Origin: a virus
Taxonomy: Duplodnaviria > Caudoviricetes
DNA: 26,135 nucleotides
IMG/VR virus record: IMGVR_UViG_3300017774_004763
Location: 1-26,135 of that record
Reading direction: 5' to 3' (one strand)
Shown here: in pieces, positions 15,601 to 24,922 of the stretch
How the letters are laid out: each line of letters begins with the position of its first letter
How positions within the stretch are numbered: position 1 is the stretch's first letter
The notes under the pieces: generated by a model
What the model saw: the letters and a program-made list of their open reading frames with translations, nothing else
The model's database searches: none
Told to the model about the DNA's origin: nothing
Position numbers and translations under genes: made by a program

Positions 15601-16917
15601 GTTAATAGATATGTTACTGTTAGATTTGTTGTTGACCCTAATTTAAAAACTAAAGAAGAATCTAAAACTGAAAAACCACCTGAAACTGTTACTCCACCAA
15701 AAATTATAACACCACCAATTCCACGTTCTAGATTTTATAGTGAATGTGATTATTTTGAAAAATTATCATTAAGTGACCCATTTGCGTATAAATCAATTAA
15801 AGAAAAAATAAAATATTTTCAACCAGCATTTCATTCAACAACTCCAGAAGGTTTTAATGCTAGATTAAATTTCTTACAACAATGTATGAGACAAGGTCCA
15901 ACGTTAGGTGCTAATGGTAACAACAACCCAAATAACTTAGCATTTGGTAGACCACCAGTGTGTATATTAAGAATTGGTGATTTTTATAATACTAAAATTA
16001 TTATTGAAAACTTAAACTTTACATTTGAACCACTTGTTTGGGATTTAAACCCAGAAGGTGTTGGTGTTCAACCTATGATTTGTAATGTTGATTTATCTTT
16101 TGCATTTATTGGTGGTTCAAGTCTTAGAGGACCAATTAATAGATTACAAAATGCTGTATCATTTAATTACTATGCTAATACTGAAGTTTATGACCCAAGA
16201 CCAGATACAATTGAAATTAATAAAGATGGTGGTAAAGTTGTTAATGGTGTTAGTGGTATTACAACACAATACAATATATTACCAAACGCATCTGATATTA
16301 CAGGTTTAAGTCCAAACACAACTCGTGATGTAAATCAAGTTGTACAAAACGATAATGCAAATTCTGGAGATGCTACACAACCAATAACACCAGCTGAAAC
16401 AATTGATGATTCAGCCGTAATTAACTGTTTTGGTTATGAAGGAACGTATATGATTGATGAATCAGACCCTACAGATATTCAATTAGTTATGGTACTATAT
16501 TGGAACGCCAAGAATGATGTAAAAAACCCAGAATTAAATAAATCACATAAAGCTTTTATTTACGTACAAGGTAGTGGTAGAGAAAAAGTTATTATTGGTC
16601 ACATAAAAATTTCACCAAATTCAGCTGGAAGTTTAATATTTGATGCTTCTGATGATGAAAATGGAACTCCAAGTGGTACTGGTAGAGACCAAATACTTAG
16701 TTTTTCTGGTAACCAAAATAAAACTAGAATTAATTTTCAAGTGGAGTTCTATATAGATGACGCAACAAAAGCTAAATTTGTTTTGGACGCTTGGAATTCA
16801 AAAGATAATAAAAACGGTCCTTCTATGATTCAAATTGCATGGCAAGAAGAAAATGGGGCATCAATCAATGCTGGGTTTTTAAAAAGTTACGCATTGCCAT
16901 TCCCTAATCAAACATAA
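12634..16917 (+). CDS. large baseplate/tail-tube-initiator-like protein (gp48/gp54-type fold) with inserted OmpA-like domain
   Basis: Tube-like segments GRIMWFPPYDINFSESTSASWDKHNFIGRGEPMYTYNNTERSGNLSWKI (from 14575) and PPVCILRIGDFYNTKIIIENLNFTFE...QPMICNVDLSFAFIG (to about 16116); between them an OmpA-C pattern VYFPND...VEVVGYAS..G....NDELSKLRSESVKAWL...RVSIVAEGKG...NRYVTVRF. Confidence 0.68.
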   Translation: MSNSINSLSPTFRDYLLLKNLVTDTVVDNGLQSLLGSIGYPAPTETLPNAVQPSNSINDTGTIYQELNTILNTYQGNDDDYNQVEIILNQSTNSTIGNQGPYANSNELLNGQFLSNGVLTNSNSIRQGLTTKNAYVDIPKQSVINLNTQPVPTFQNLTSYIDENNNLSIGGPGKQAVDVLAGLVSGQGVGLNVTNGSLIANEDIRSTLLGRTLGATGVINDTPLGNIGGQQLLTHIGYNASFGLQQETLGSLNLNPLTLLQGKPLVSLNYSITVPKGKVGKILNFAANVLGAQSPVSLLEQSSSIFTFGNKLEYIGQGNIERANEMLANSGMGQVQSLMNHMRANLMISNDPQGTSLRQGYAPGYKDGRKSKGEETGDGTNSNLYARADGNGGIIDFLNGKENSPITSGNYERSKQISDDGWDKSSFRKTDYNSQKYGAFLYKDAFGWQDSKFNKDSKTLAGTNEGVSTNLFLGLSDDKNRFKTLLSKTERLFNSGKMRTLISGHGIKEDGITQINSSVSNVGNYTSKGSGVMTSNAIINGTDDGSENVFCRTWTTYDRYAQVGDLQKNRGLHGGNNNIFRRNGEFSVLDDNGFVKISPLKTYNEYGDRQDEVKKYMFSIENLAWNDNLVNLLPCEVGPGDSLSGHKGRIMWFPPYDINFSESTSASWDKHNFIGRGEPMYTYNNTERSGNLSWKIIIDHPNYLNFIGGAEGINNTNFDDYVASFFAGCIPLEETKIKQIITVEEQNKTEVVNAQEKPVEKLEYGEPPPSFNVYFPNDVYDVDKYPLYENGLQNPLTDPILYKDNVTGANFGLSAYTEMCYQFNVNGRKTWSSIQCSETAGVTQGSAGRLEPDRTNFGLNATGTTASYAGTKLGDKKYPSFRDQQYGKDLQNYLLTKCKNCKVEVVGYASTVGTFGDNRNDELSKLRSESVKAWLIKNIITDPPFVERVSIVAEGKGATEGGGGSCPSPNVIARKKNYLKSKNDLYGCKVNRYVTVRFVVDPNLKTKEESKTEKPPETVTPPKIITPPIPRSRFYSECDYFEKLSLSDPFAYKSIKEKIKYFQPAFHSTTPEGFNARLNFLQQCMRQGPTLGANGNNNPNNLAFGRPPVCILRIGDFYNTKIIIENLNFTFEPLVWDLNPEGVGVQPMICNVDLSFAFIGGSSLRGPINRLQNAVSFNYYANTEVYDPRPDTIEINKDGGKVVNGVSGITTQYNILPNASDITGLSPNTTRDVNQVVQNDNANSGDATQPITPAETIDDSAVINCFGYEGTYMIDESDPTDIQLVMVLYWNAKNDVKNPELNKSHKAFIYVQGSGREKVIIGHIKISPNSAGSLIFDASDDENGTPSGTGRDQILSFSGNQNKTRINFQVEFYIDDATKAKFVLDAWNSKDNKNGPSMIQIAWQEENGASINAGFLKSYALPFPNQT

Positions 16918-16927
16918 ATAAAAAATA

Positions 16928-17245
16928 ATGGCAAAATATTTTGATAGATACGAAAAATTTAAATTTAGAGGTACAACTACACCAGTACCATACATAAACA
17001 TACCAGTTACTACAACTGATAAAAATGTTGTTTATAAATTAACTAAAACTAGACTTGACAAATTAAGTCAAAGTTATTATAATAATCCATATCATGGGTT
17101 TTTAATAATGTTGGCAAATCCACAATATGGTGGTTTGGAATTCAATATAAAAGATGGTGATGTTATAAGAATACCATATCCGTTTGATTCAGCATTAGAA
17201 AGATATATAAACCAAGTTAATAGATATAAAGAATTATATGGGTGA
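16928..17245 (+). CDS. LysM-fold baseplate wedge protein (T4 gp53 / P2 gpX-like)
   Basis: RLDKLSQSYYNNPYHGFLIMLANP....FNIKDGDVIRIP matches the LysM-like wedge pattern; canonical position between tube initiator and hub. Confidence 0.82.
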   Translation: MAKYFDRYEKFKFRGTTTPVPYINIPVTTTDKNVVYKLTKTRLDKLSQSYYNNPYHGFLIMLANPQYGGLEFNIKDGDVIRIPYPFDSALERYINQVNRYKELYG

Positions 17246-20200
17246 TTTAGAGGAAGAAAAAAATAAAGGTAATGCAAGTACTGGTAGAGTAATTTGGGTT
17301 GACCCAAATATGTCAAATAATACAATGGTTAATCCTGAGGATTTATGTATTAAAGTTGATTTTTCCGCAACAAAAAAAAATAGAAGTATTATTTATTCTG
17401 GTAAAGAAAGTATTAATACTATTGGAAATACTGGTTCTGTTAGATTTATTGAAGGTAGCAAAGTAAATGAAGAATCTACACAACCATCATTAACTACTAG
17501 ATATACTGAAGTTATTGCCTTAGATATTATGAATATGGGTGATACTAAAAATTTTGATGATTATGAAAGTTTAGGTATAGAAAGTATTGATATAGAATTT
17601 AATACTGCATATGCACCAATGATTAAAATTAAATTTATTGATGTTAGGGGTAATGCAATATTATCACAAGGTAATATGTCTAAATATAGTTTATTCTTCG
17701 AATTACCATACCCAATATTTAGTTTAAAAGTTAAAGGTTTTTATGGTAAAACAGTTAATTACTGTTTACATATGCAAAAATGGAATGCTGCATTTAATTC
17801 AGAAACTGGTAATTTTGAAATTCAAGCTGAATTTATTGGTTATACTTATGCATTATTAACCGATATGTTAATGGGTTTAATTAGAGCATCAGTTAGAACA
17901 AAAAGAGGTCAAGATAGATTAAAAGCAAAACAAGATGCATATGGTGAAAATTCTAATTTAATTATTAGCATTGATGATATGTTAAAAAGATTAAACGAAC
18001 TTAATTTTACATACCAAAAAACAAATGAAGATGATGATTCAGTACAACAAGTAAAAACTTATGACGGAATATCTGACGATATCGCCAATGTTAAAGGTTT
18101 AGTTACTAATTTAAGTACTACAATATATGATGGTCAAAATCCACCAAATAATTATTTTAGGTCAACAACTGGTAGTGTAGTTGGTATACCAAATAATGCT
18201 GACAATATTAAAAAAGCTGATGATGCTATAAAAATATATAATGAAAGTATTAAAACTACATTAATAAAAATAAACCCTAATATAGGGGATGAAAAATTAA
18301 AATTAAGTGAAGACACATTAACCTCAATTGTTATTATTAAAGATGTAAAATATAGTGAAATAAGTAATGAAGATGTTAATGACTGTATACCAGTTATTAT
18401 ACAAAAATCTAAAGGTAACCAACTTGCAAGTTATTCAGATAATGAAGAAGATAGAAAAAAAATAACTATTTTATTAAAAGAAATTAGAGCAGCAATTACA
18501 ACACCACTTAGTGATAACACCACTATGAATATATATAGTTTTCTTAGACCTTATTACCATATCGATGAAAAATCAGCTATTTTAAAAAAAGATAGAGATG
18601 ATAAGGTTCAAAGAATAACTGAAGAAGCATCGAATCAAGCAGAGGAAACAATTGGTTTTGAACCAACCATTAGAAATATATTTAGAGTATTATCAGTAAA
18701 CTGTGAAATATTTTTAGAAGTATTAAGAGAGGTTTCAGTTGAAGCTCAAACAGATAAAGATGGTAAAAGAGCTGTTGAGTTTAATAAGATTTCTGGTAAA
18801 ATAAACGTTAAAGAAAAAGAAATTAAAAATAATAATATATTCCCTTGGCCAGAATACAGACAGAAAAAAGGTACTGAAGGGTATGTAGAAACTTGGTTAG
18901 GTTCAGCACCTGGGATTATACCAATGAATATTCAAGAAGTAGTATTTACTGAGGAACTACATAAAGAATTGTTAAATGTCGCTAAGTTTGATAAAGAATT
19001 GGATGCTGAACAAGCTGAACAAGGTGCGGATATTGATTCAGGACCAGAACAAATAAAAGACCCTTGGTTTCCAGTATCAGTTGTTGATACACCACCGTCT
19101 GGTATGGAACAAAATCCATACATTGCAGCATGTGAAACTGGTAAATCAGATGAGGTACTTAGATTATTATTAATGAGAGGTTTTTTATTATTAGGTACAT
19201 CATCATATAATTCAAAAATTGAACCTGATTTAGTAAAAATTTATGGTGAATTAGAAGCAGCAAATTTATATGAAGCAGCTAAAAAGACTGAAAATGGTTT
19301 AAATATAATAAAAGAGTTACAAAATCTAGGGGGTAATACAGACCCAGTTAAACAAACTAGTCACGTATTTAATAATAATGGACTAGAAGGTAAAGATACA
19401 ATTAAAAATCCAGGTGTTGATGAAGGTAAGAAAAAACCAATAATGGTAAAAAATACTAGAAAAATAAATGGAGTAGATACTATATACTATAAGTATACGT
19501 ATATTAGAGATAAAGATGATAATAGGTCATATATACCAGTAAATAAAAACTATGATGGTTCTGTATTTTATAGTGGTAAAAAATTAAAGTCTGAAGAATC
19601 TATAAAAAAATTATCACCAGATACAATATATGTGAGCAAACCTAAAAATTTATGGGAATTTAGTGGTGGTAGAAATGGTGCAAATAAATTAAAATCAAAA
19701 TCAGACGGTTCTTACTTATTTAAAATAATTGATAAAAACACATATACAGCTAAAGTTATGGCACCAAGTTTTGGTACTGATATAGTTGAGAAATATAAAA
19801 CAAAGTTTGCCGAAAAAACAATCGAACCATCAACTTTTAAAAATGCATATATATTAAAACCAGATAATAGTAATGTAGTTTTAGGTGTATTAAATCCTTT
19901 GGGTGGTAATTATGCAGCTTTAGAGATAAATAATTTAGATTATACTAAATTTGGTGCATCGGAATATGAAAAATGGGTTGGTGAAGGGTCATCAATAGAT
20001 AAGCAAAATATTTCATCATCAATATCAGCATTTTATAGTCAAAATATACAAAAAACAAAATACCCATTTGGGTCTTATTTATGTAATAAAAATACTAAAA
20101 AAGAATACTATACTGATAGAATGCCAAGTGAAGAAGATAAAACTTTTAAAATACAAAAATATGACACAGTATTAAGTGTTTATGGGGAAAAGAATAATAG

Positions 20201-23200
20201 TAGGACCTTTGAAAACTTTGGTAAACAAAAATATTTAATTGATAAATTTTTAGCTGGTGAATCTAAACCATATGTACCATTTATTGAATTTGGGTTTGCT
20301 GAAAGTTTAACTTTTTCTTTATTTGGTAGTAAATTTTATAATGCTCAATGGAGTACTAGAGTAAAAGCATTATTATTTTTACATACATTTCCATGGCAAG
20401 GTGTTATCACACCTGGTGATGATTCATCTGAATTTGCAATGTTTGATACTAGAAAAGAAGCTGGATTTTCAGAAAGTGACCCATATGGTTTAACACAAAT
20501 ACTATCAATAAAATCAATGTTTAAAATAAACGGTGCATTCGTTAATGTACCAAAAGGTTGGATATTATTTATTGGTGGTATTCTCTGGAGAAACCAATAC
20601 GGATACTCAGAAGGTGATGACCCATTGGTTTTTGGTAATTCTGGTAGTAATACCAATACATTTAGTAATTTAATACCAAGATATGGGGGTAGAAAACCAA
20701 CAATAAGAGAATATTTATATTATTCTGAAAATAATTTTGAACCTTGGGGTATGTATTTTAATAGTAACTCTTATGAAGAATACACACAAAATAATTGTTA
20801 CACACCTATCGATAGAACATTATTGGGGTTACCATCTGATATTAAAGATTATTTAATTGAATATTTTGAAAATTGGGTTAAAGATGAAGTTTCTGGATTT
20901 AAATACTTTCAAAAAGAATTAGAAATTTGGTACGGTAAAGATAGTGATAAATCAAATGAGGATAAGAGTATTATAAAATATGAAAATAAATGGAAATTAA
21001 TTAAGCAAGCTATTGACGCATCAGGAGATATAAACACCTCTAAGATTACAAAATATTTAAACGATAACCCAAATATATTAAAAAATTATAATATGGTTAC
21101 TACAGCAGAATTTAATGAAAAAGATGTTGCAGAATCAAATGGTAATTTCCAATTTAATTTAGAATTAAGACCTGATACTGAAGTAATGGATAATATAGTT
21201 GGTTTATTAACTGAAACTGTTTACATACAAAATTGTGTACCAAGTACATTAGTATCAAAAGCAGTTGGTAACGCAGATGTTTCAGTTTATCACGATTCAA
21301 TAGAAGCGACTGGTTATTTATTAAGGGATTTTATGGAAACATTTTTCACTAGATTAAATAGTACAGAACCTAGTAGTGAAAAAACAGAAGATGACCAAGC
21401 TGAACAAGAAATATTTGGAACAAGTGATGATAAAACTATTAATTTATTAATATATAGAACTTTATCATCAATCAACGATAAATGGATTAATGGAACAGAT
21501 GATAATTCAATTTTTAGTCAATGTTCTGGTTCTAATAAAAATCCAAAAGATGTTGCGTTAGGTGCTAAGTATAGAAGTGGTGCAACAACTGCTGAACTTA
21601 TCGATACATTTAGATTTGTTGATAGGGCATTTTGGGATATTGGTGATAAATTTTATTTAAATATTAATGCAATATCTGATATGATTAAACATCATTACAA
21701 TGATAGTTTTTTTGATATTGTAAATAAAATATTAACAGATAACAATTTTAATTTTATACCATTACCAACATTTGTTAATTTTAATAATATTGAAGAATTA
21801 AAAACTGTATTTACACCATACTCATATAATGATGAGGTTGGTTTTAGTGGTACTGGACCATCATTTGTTTGTGTATTTGTTGGTCAATCATCAACTAGTT
21901 TAGATTTGGGTCCAGATTCAGTATATCCAGATGATGGGTTATCAATAAGTATGGATGAATCTGGTGCTGGACTTGATTTGATTGATGAAAAAGAAGACTT
22001 TGGAAAAGAAGTTGGCGTGGGTGAATTTAATGTACCAGTTTTTGCCGTAAATTACGGACAACAAAATCAAAATTATTTCAAAAGTGTAAGGCTTGACCAA
22101 AGGGAATTTACAGAAACAATGGAATCATTACAAATCATTGAAGATATATCACAAAATGGTGATAAAAGTAAACCAACATATGCTGGTAATAACTTATTTA
22201 ATGTTTACCAAACTAGGTCATATAGTGCTGAAATTGAAATGATGGGTTCAGCCATGATTCAACCTATGATGTATTTCCAATTAAACAATATACCAATGTT
22301 TAGAGGTGCTTATTTAATTTATAAAGTAAACCATTCAATTAAACCACACTCAATGACAACAACAATTAAAGGTAATAGAGTTAAAAAATCAAAAACACCT
22401 TTAATTGATAAAGCAACTATGTATATGAATTTAGTTGGTGGTAATACTAACGGAGGAGGTACTGCAACTATTAGAAGTGGTAGTGCCGCTGGTGACCCTA
22501 ATTCAAAACCAGAATCTAAATTTATTGATACAAATTTACAATTCTATTGGTTAACAAATGATGGTAAAATACCTACTGGTAAAGATACTTTAGGTTTAAC
22601 TAATACTAATAAACAATTTGCTGGATTAAAAAATGTTGCACAAGGTAATAGCTATGCAGTTAGGGAAGTTATTGAAGTTTTACAATTAATGGGTCTTACT
22701 TTCTATAATGCAAATAAAGGTAAAGCTAATGCACCAGATACAATATTTTATAATGATTTATCTAGATTATGGGGTGGACCATTAAAGCCACATAAAAGTC
22801 ACCAAAAAGGGTTGACTATGGATATTTATCAATCAAAAGATAGTAAAGCTGGATATAGTCAAGTAAGACAAATACCAAAAGCTGGTGGTTACAATAGAGA
22901 ATACACATTACAATGGTTAACTTATTTATTTGATACACCTTACAGAAAATATACAATACCTAATGATTATAAAGAAACTATAAAATATATCAATCTAAAA
23001 GGTGAAACTAAAACAGCAAAAGCTGGTGATACAGTTAAGGACCAAAGAAGTATTAAAAATATATTATTTAATGATACTGGGTTACAAGATATTATTAATA
23101 AAAAATATGGTAAAAATTTAATGGTTAGTTATGATAACCATGATAGTCACTTACATATTGAATTTTTATCACCAGTTAGGGTTGTTGTTGAAAGTGAATT

Positions 23201-23888
23201 AGGTCAAAACACTAGACCAGCAACACAAGCTAATCCTGCTGACACTAACGGTAGCCGTTCAACAAGTGAGATTGAAGCTAGAAAACAAATGAAAGTTGAA
23301 AAATTACAACCTGGTTTTGATGTAAAATTCAAAAGAATAATAACAAATGGTAATTATGCTGGTATAAATATAACTAATTATGAAGATGATTGGGTTTCTG
23401 TTTCCTCAAATTATATCGCCAGAAGTGAAACATTTTCATGCTGCCCTAAAGATGACCAAGGAAATTTAAGGGCTGGTTTTGGAACTGATAAAATATTAGT
23501 AAACGGTTCATTAAAAACAGTTAATGGAAGTACAGTATTTACTGAAAAAATAGCAAAAGATACACTAGTATATCAAATTAAAAATTCATTTGCTCCACCA
23601 CTTGAAAAGAATTTAGGAACTAGTAATTGGAAGAAGTTAAATAAATATCAAAGAGCTGCATTACTTAGTTTAACATATAATACTGGGCCAGCTATATTTT
23701 CTCAACCATATGGTAAAAAAATTAAAGATGGTATTGCAAGTGGTGATTTTAAAGAAGCAGCACAAGGTATATTAGATGGACCAGTAAGTGGTAAAAAAGA
23801 TGGTTATATGGATGGTTTAAGAAAGAGAAGAATACAAGAAGCTAGATTATTCTTATTACCTAATAATGAAAAAGTGCAATATGTTTAA
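17238..23888 (+). CDS. giant baseplate hub protein (gp27/gpD/VgrG-like) fused to MepA-like endopeptidase and GH24 lysozyme domains
   Basis: Hub-like N-terminal GIESIDIEF...IKIKFIDVRG and late SYSAEIEMMGSAMIQPMMYFQLNNIPMFRGAYLIYKVNHSIKPHSMTTTIKGNR; MepA motifs NDLSRLWGGPLKPHKSHQKGLTMDI and HDSHLHIEF; lysozyme motifs SETF...DDQGNLRAGFG, LNKYQRAALLSLTYNTG, GLRKRRIQEARLF. 8-nt overlap with upstream gene. Confidence 0.78.
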   Translation: MGDLEEEKNKGNASTGRVIWVDPNMSNNTMVNPEDLCIKVDFSATKKNRSIIYSGKESINTIGNTGSVRFIEGSKVNEESTQPSLTTRYTEVIALDIMNMGDTKNFDDYESLGIESIDIEFNTAYAPMIKIKFIDVRGNAILSQGNMSKYSLFFELPYPIFSLKVKGFYGKTVNYCLHMQKWNAAFNSETGNFEIQAEFIGYTYALLTDMLMGLIRASVRTKRGQDRLKAKQDAYGENSNLIISIDDMLKRLNELNFTYQKTNEDDDSVQQVKTYDGISDDIANVKGLVTNLSTTIYDGQNPPNNYFRSTTGSVVGIPNNADNIKKADDAIKIYNESIKTTLIKINPNIGDEKLKLSEDTLTSIVIIKDVKYSEISNEDVNDCIPVIIQKSKGNQLASYSDNEEDRKKITILLKEIRAAITTPLSDNTTMNIYSFLRPYYHIDEKSAILKKDRDDKVQRITEEASNQAEETIGFEPTIRNIFRVLSVNCEIFLEVLREVSVEAQTDKDGKRAVEFNKISGKINVKEKEIKNNNIFPWPEYRQKKGTEGYVETWLGSAPGIIPMNIQEVVFTEELHKELLNVAKFDKELDAEQAEQGADIDSGPEQIKDPWFPVSVVDTPPSGMEQNPYIAACETGKSDEVLRLLLMRGFLLLGTSSYNSKIEPDLVKIYGELEAANLYEAAKKTENGLNIIKELQNLGGNTDPVKQTSHVFNNNGLEGKDTIKNPGVDEGKKKPIMVKNTRKINGVDTIYYKYTYIRDKDDNRSYIPVNKNYDGSVFYSGKKLKSEESIKKLSPDTIYVSKPKNLWEFSGGRNGANKLKSKSDGSYLFKIIDKNTYTAKVMAPSFGTDIVEKYKTKFAEKTIEPSTFKNAYILKPDNSNVVLGVLNPLGGNYAALEINNLDYTKFGASEYEKWVGEGSSIDKQNISSSISAFYSQNIQKTKYPFGSYLCNKNTKKEYYTDRMPSEEDKTFKIQKYDTVLSVYGEKNNSRTFENFGKQKYLIDKFLAGESKPYVPFIEFGFAESLTFSLFGSKFYNAQWSTRVKALLFLHTFPWQGVITPGDDSSEFAMFDTRKEAGFSESDPYGLTQILSIKSMFKINGAFVNVPKGWILFIGGILWRNQYGYSEGDDPLVFGNSGSNTNTFSNLIPRYGGRKPTIREYLYYSENNFEPWGMYFNSNSYEEYTQNNCYTPIDRTLLGLPSDIKDYLIEYFENWVKDEVSGFKYFQKELEIWYGKDSDKSNEDKSIIKYENKWKLIKQAIDASGDINTSKITKYLNDNPNILKNYNMVTTAEFNEKDVAESNGNFQFNLELRPDTEVMDNIVGLLTETVYIQNCVPSTLVSKAVGNADVSVYHDSIEATGYLLRDFMETFFTRLNSTEPSSEKTEDDQAEQEIFGTSDDKTINLLIYRTLSSINDKWINGTDDNSIFSQCSGSNKNPKDVALGAKYRSGATTAELIDTFRFVDRAFWDIGDKFYLNINAISDMIKHHYNDSFFDIVNKILTDNNFNFIPLPTFVNFNNIEELKTVFTPYSYNDEVGFSGTGPSFVCVFVGQSSTSLDLGPDSVYPDDGLSISMDESGAGLDLIDEKEDFGKEVGVGEFNVPVFAVNYGQQNQNYFKSVRLDQREFTETMESLQIIEDISQNGDKSKPTYAGNNLFNVYQTRSYSAEIEMMGSAMIQPMMYFQLNNIPMFRGAYLIYKVNHSIKPHSMTTTIKGNRVKKSKTPLIDKATMYMNLVGGNTNGGGTATIRSGSAAGDPNSKPESKFIDTNLQFYWLTNDGKIPTGKDTLGLTNTNKQFAGLKNVAQGNSYAVREVIEVLQLMGLTFYNANKGKANAPDTIFYNDLSRLWGGPLKPHKSHQKGLTMDIYQSKDSKAGYSQVRQIPKAGGYNREYTLQWLTYLFDTPYRKYTIPNDYKETIKYINLKGETKTAKAGDTVKDQRSIKNILFNDTGLQDIINKKYGKNLMVSYDNHDSHLHIEFLSPVRVVVESELGQNTRPATQANPADTNGSRSTSEIEARKQMKVEKLQPGFDVKFKRIITNGNYAGINITNYEDDWVSVSSNYIARSETFSCCPKDDQGNLRAGFGTDKILVNGSLKTVNGSTVFTEKIAKDTLVYQIKNSFAPPLEKNLGTSNWKKLNKYQRAALLSLTYNTGPAIFSQPYGKKIKDGIASGDFKEAAQGILDGPVSGKKDGYMDGLRKRRIQEARLFLLPNNEKVQYV

Positions 23889-23913
23889 TTATGTTTTTAT
23901 TTAATTTTTTTAC

Positions 23914-23921
23914 TATATTTG
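23914..23921 (+). promoter_or_regulatory. Bacteroidota-type -7 promoter element TAnnTTTG (TATATTTG)
   Basis: 4 nt before ATG 23926; no clear TTTG -33 element seen. Confidence 0.45.
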
Positions 23922-23925
23922 CAAT

Positions 23926-24522
23926 ATGTTTGTTGGAAATATAGTAACACATAGTAATATTAATGTTGATAAGTACTTTAAAGTAGTTAACTCATTGGAT
24001 GACACCATTGATGGTTTACCTACTTTAATTGTGGGTTGGGATATAGTTAAGACAATAAACCCAAACGCAGACTTCATTGATAAAAAATTATCAGAAAATA
24101 TTTTTTGGACTTTTAAAAAGACTGAACGTAGAGACATATTTGAAGATGATTTTTATAATTTTACTGAATATTGTTATGGGTTACTAATTAAAGACATTGA
24201 ATACAAATTTATTGATTTGATACAATTAAATGAAATTGAATTAAAAAATACATTTAGATTTATTAAAAAATCTGAAAATGTTGTTGGGTATTTATACAAT
24301 AAAATGCTATACATTTTCGTTGAAAAAACCATATATGGTATTGATTTAACCTTATTAAAATATATGGACTATAATACAGATGATGTATTATGTAAAATAA
24401 AATCATATTGTTCAGTATTTTTGGATAATAAAGAAATACTTATAGAATACAAGGATGTAATTGACATGTTAAATAACGAAGTCAAGTATATCCCTTTTTT
24501 GTATTCTATAGAGCATGGATAA
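23926..24522 (+). CDS. hypothetical protein
   Basis: 198-aa ORF (LPTLIVGW, FWTFKKTERR); no family recognised; overlaps next gene by 8 nt. Confidence 0.75.
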   Translation: MFVGNIVTHSNINVDKYFKVVNSLDDTIDGLPTLIVGWDIVKTINPNADFIDKKLSENIFWTFKKTERRDIFEDDFYNFTEYCYGLLIKDIEYKFIDLIQLNEIELKNTFRFIKKSENVVGYLYNKMLYIFVEKTIYGIDLTLLKYMDYNTDDVLCKIKSYCSVFLDNKEILIEYKDVIDMLNNEVKYIPFLYSIEHG

Positions 24523-24913
24523 AACAGTATTATTAGCATCTTTTATTTTTAAGGGTAGGTTGGATTGGTTTATAAATTATTTAGAGTCTGATTTTTCTAT
24601 ACCTAAAAACACTGTTTTTATTTATGAAACAGATGATGAATCGAGATACATGGTCACTTTTAAATTTTTAATTAAATTTGGTGAAAGAGTAAACTTCAAA
24701 GAAATATTTCCGAATGCAACATTAATACATAAAAAAGGTAATGCTATTTATAGTATTAATGGTTTAAATAAGTTAATAGAAACTTATAATACTGAAAACG
24801 TTGGGAACATTAACTATAAGAGTGTAAAAATAGATTGGTCGTTATATCAGGATAAATTATTGTTAATTAGGAATAATAATTTAGTAATAACCGATATTAA
24901 GCGAATTTTATAA
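24515..24913 (+). CDS. phage hypothetical protein
   Basis: 132 aa; NATLIHKKGNAIYSINGLNKLI...IDWSLYQDKLLL resembles, from memory, a recurrent uncharacterised large-phage protein; coupled to the upstream gene. Confidence 0.75.
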   Translation: MDKTVLLASFIFKGRLDWFINYLESDFSIPKNTVFIYETDDESRYMVTFKFLIKFGERVNFKEIFPNATLIHKKGNAIYSINGLNKLIETYNTENVGNINYKSVKIDWSLYQDKLLLIRNNNLVITDIKRIL

Positions 24914-24922
24914 GATTATTAG

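Noticed and set aside
2384-23888. Bacterial extracellular contractile injection system, tailocin or T6SS
   Set aside because: No AAA+ ATPase, membrane-complex or host genes in the window; phage-like hypothetical genes, S74 fibre and a dedicated promoter motif fit a phage better. No capsid gene is visible here, so it is not formally excluded.
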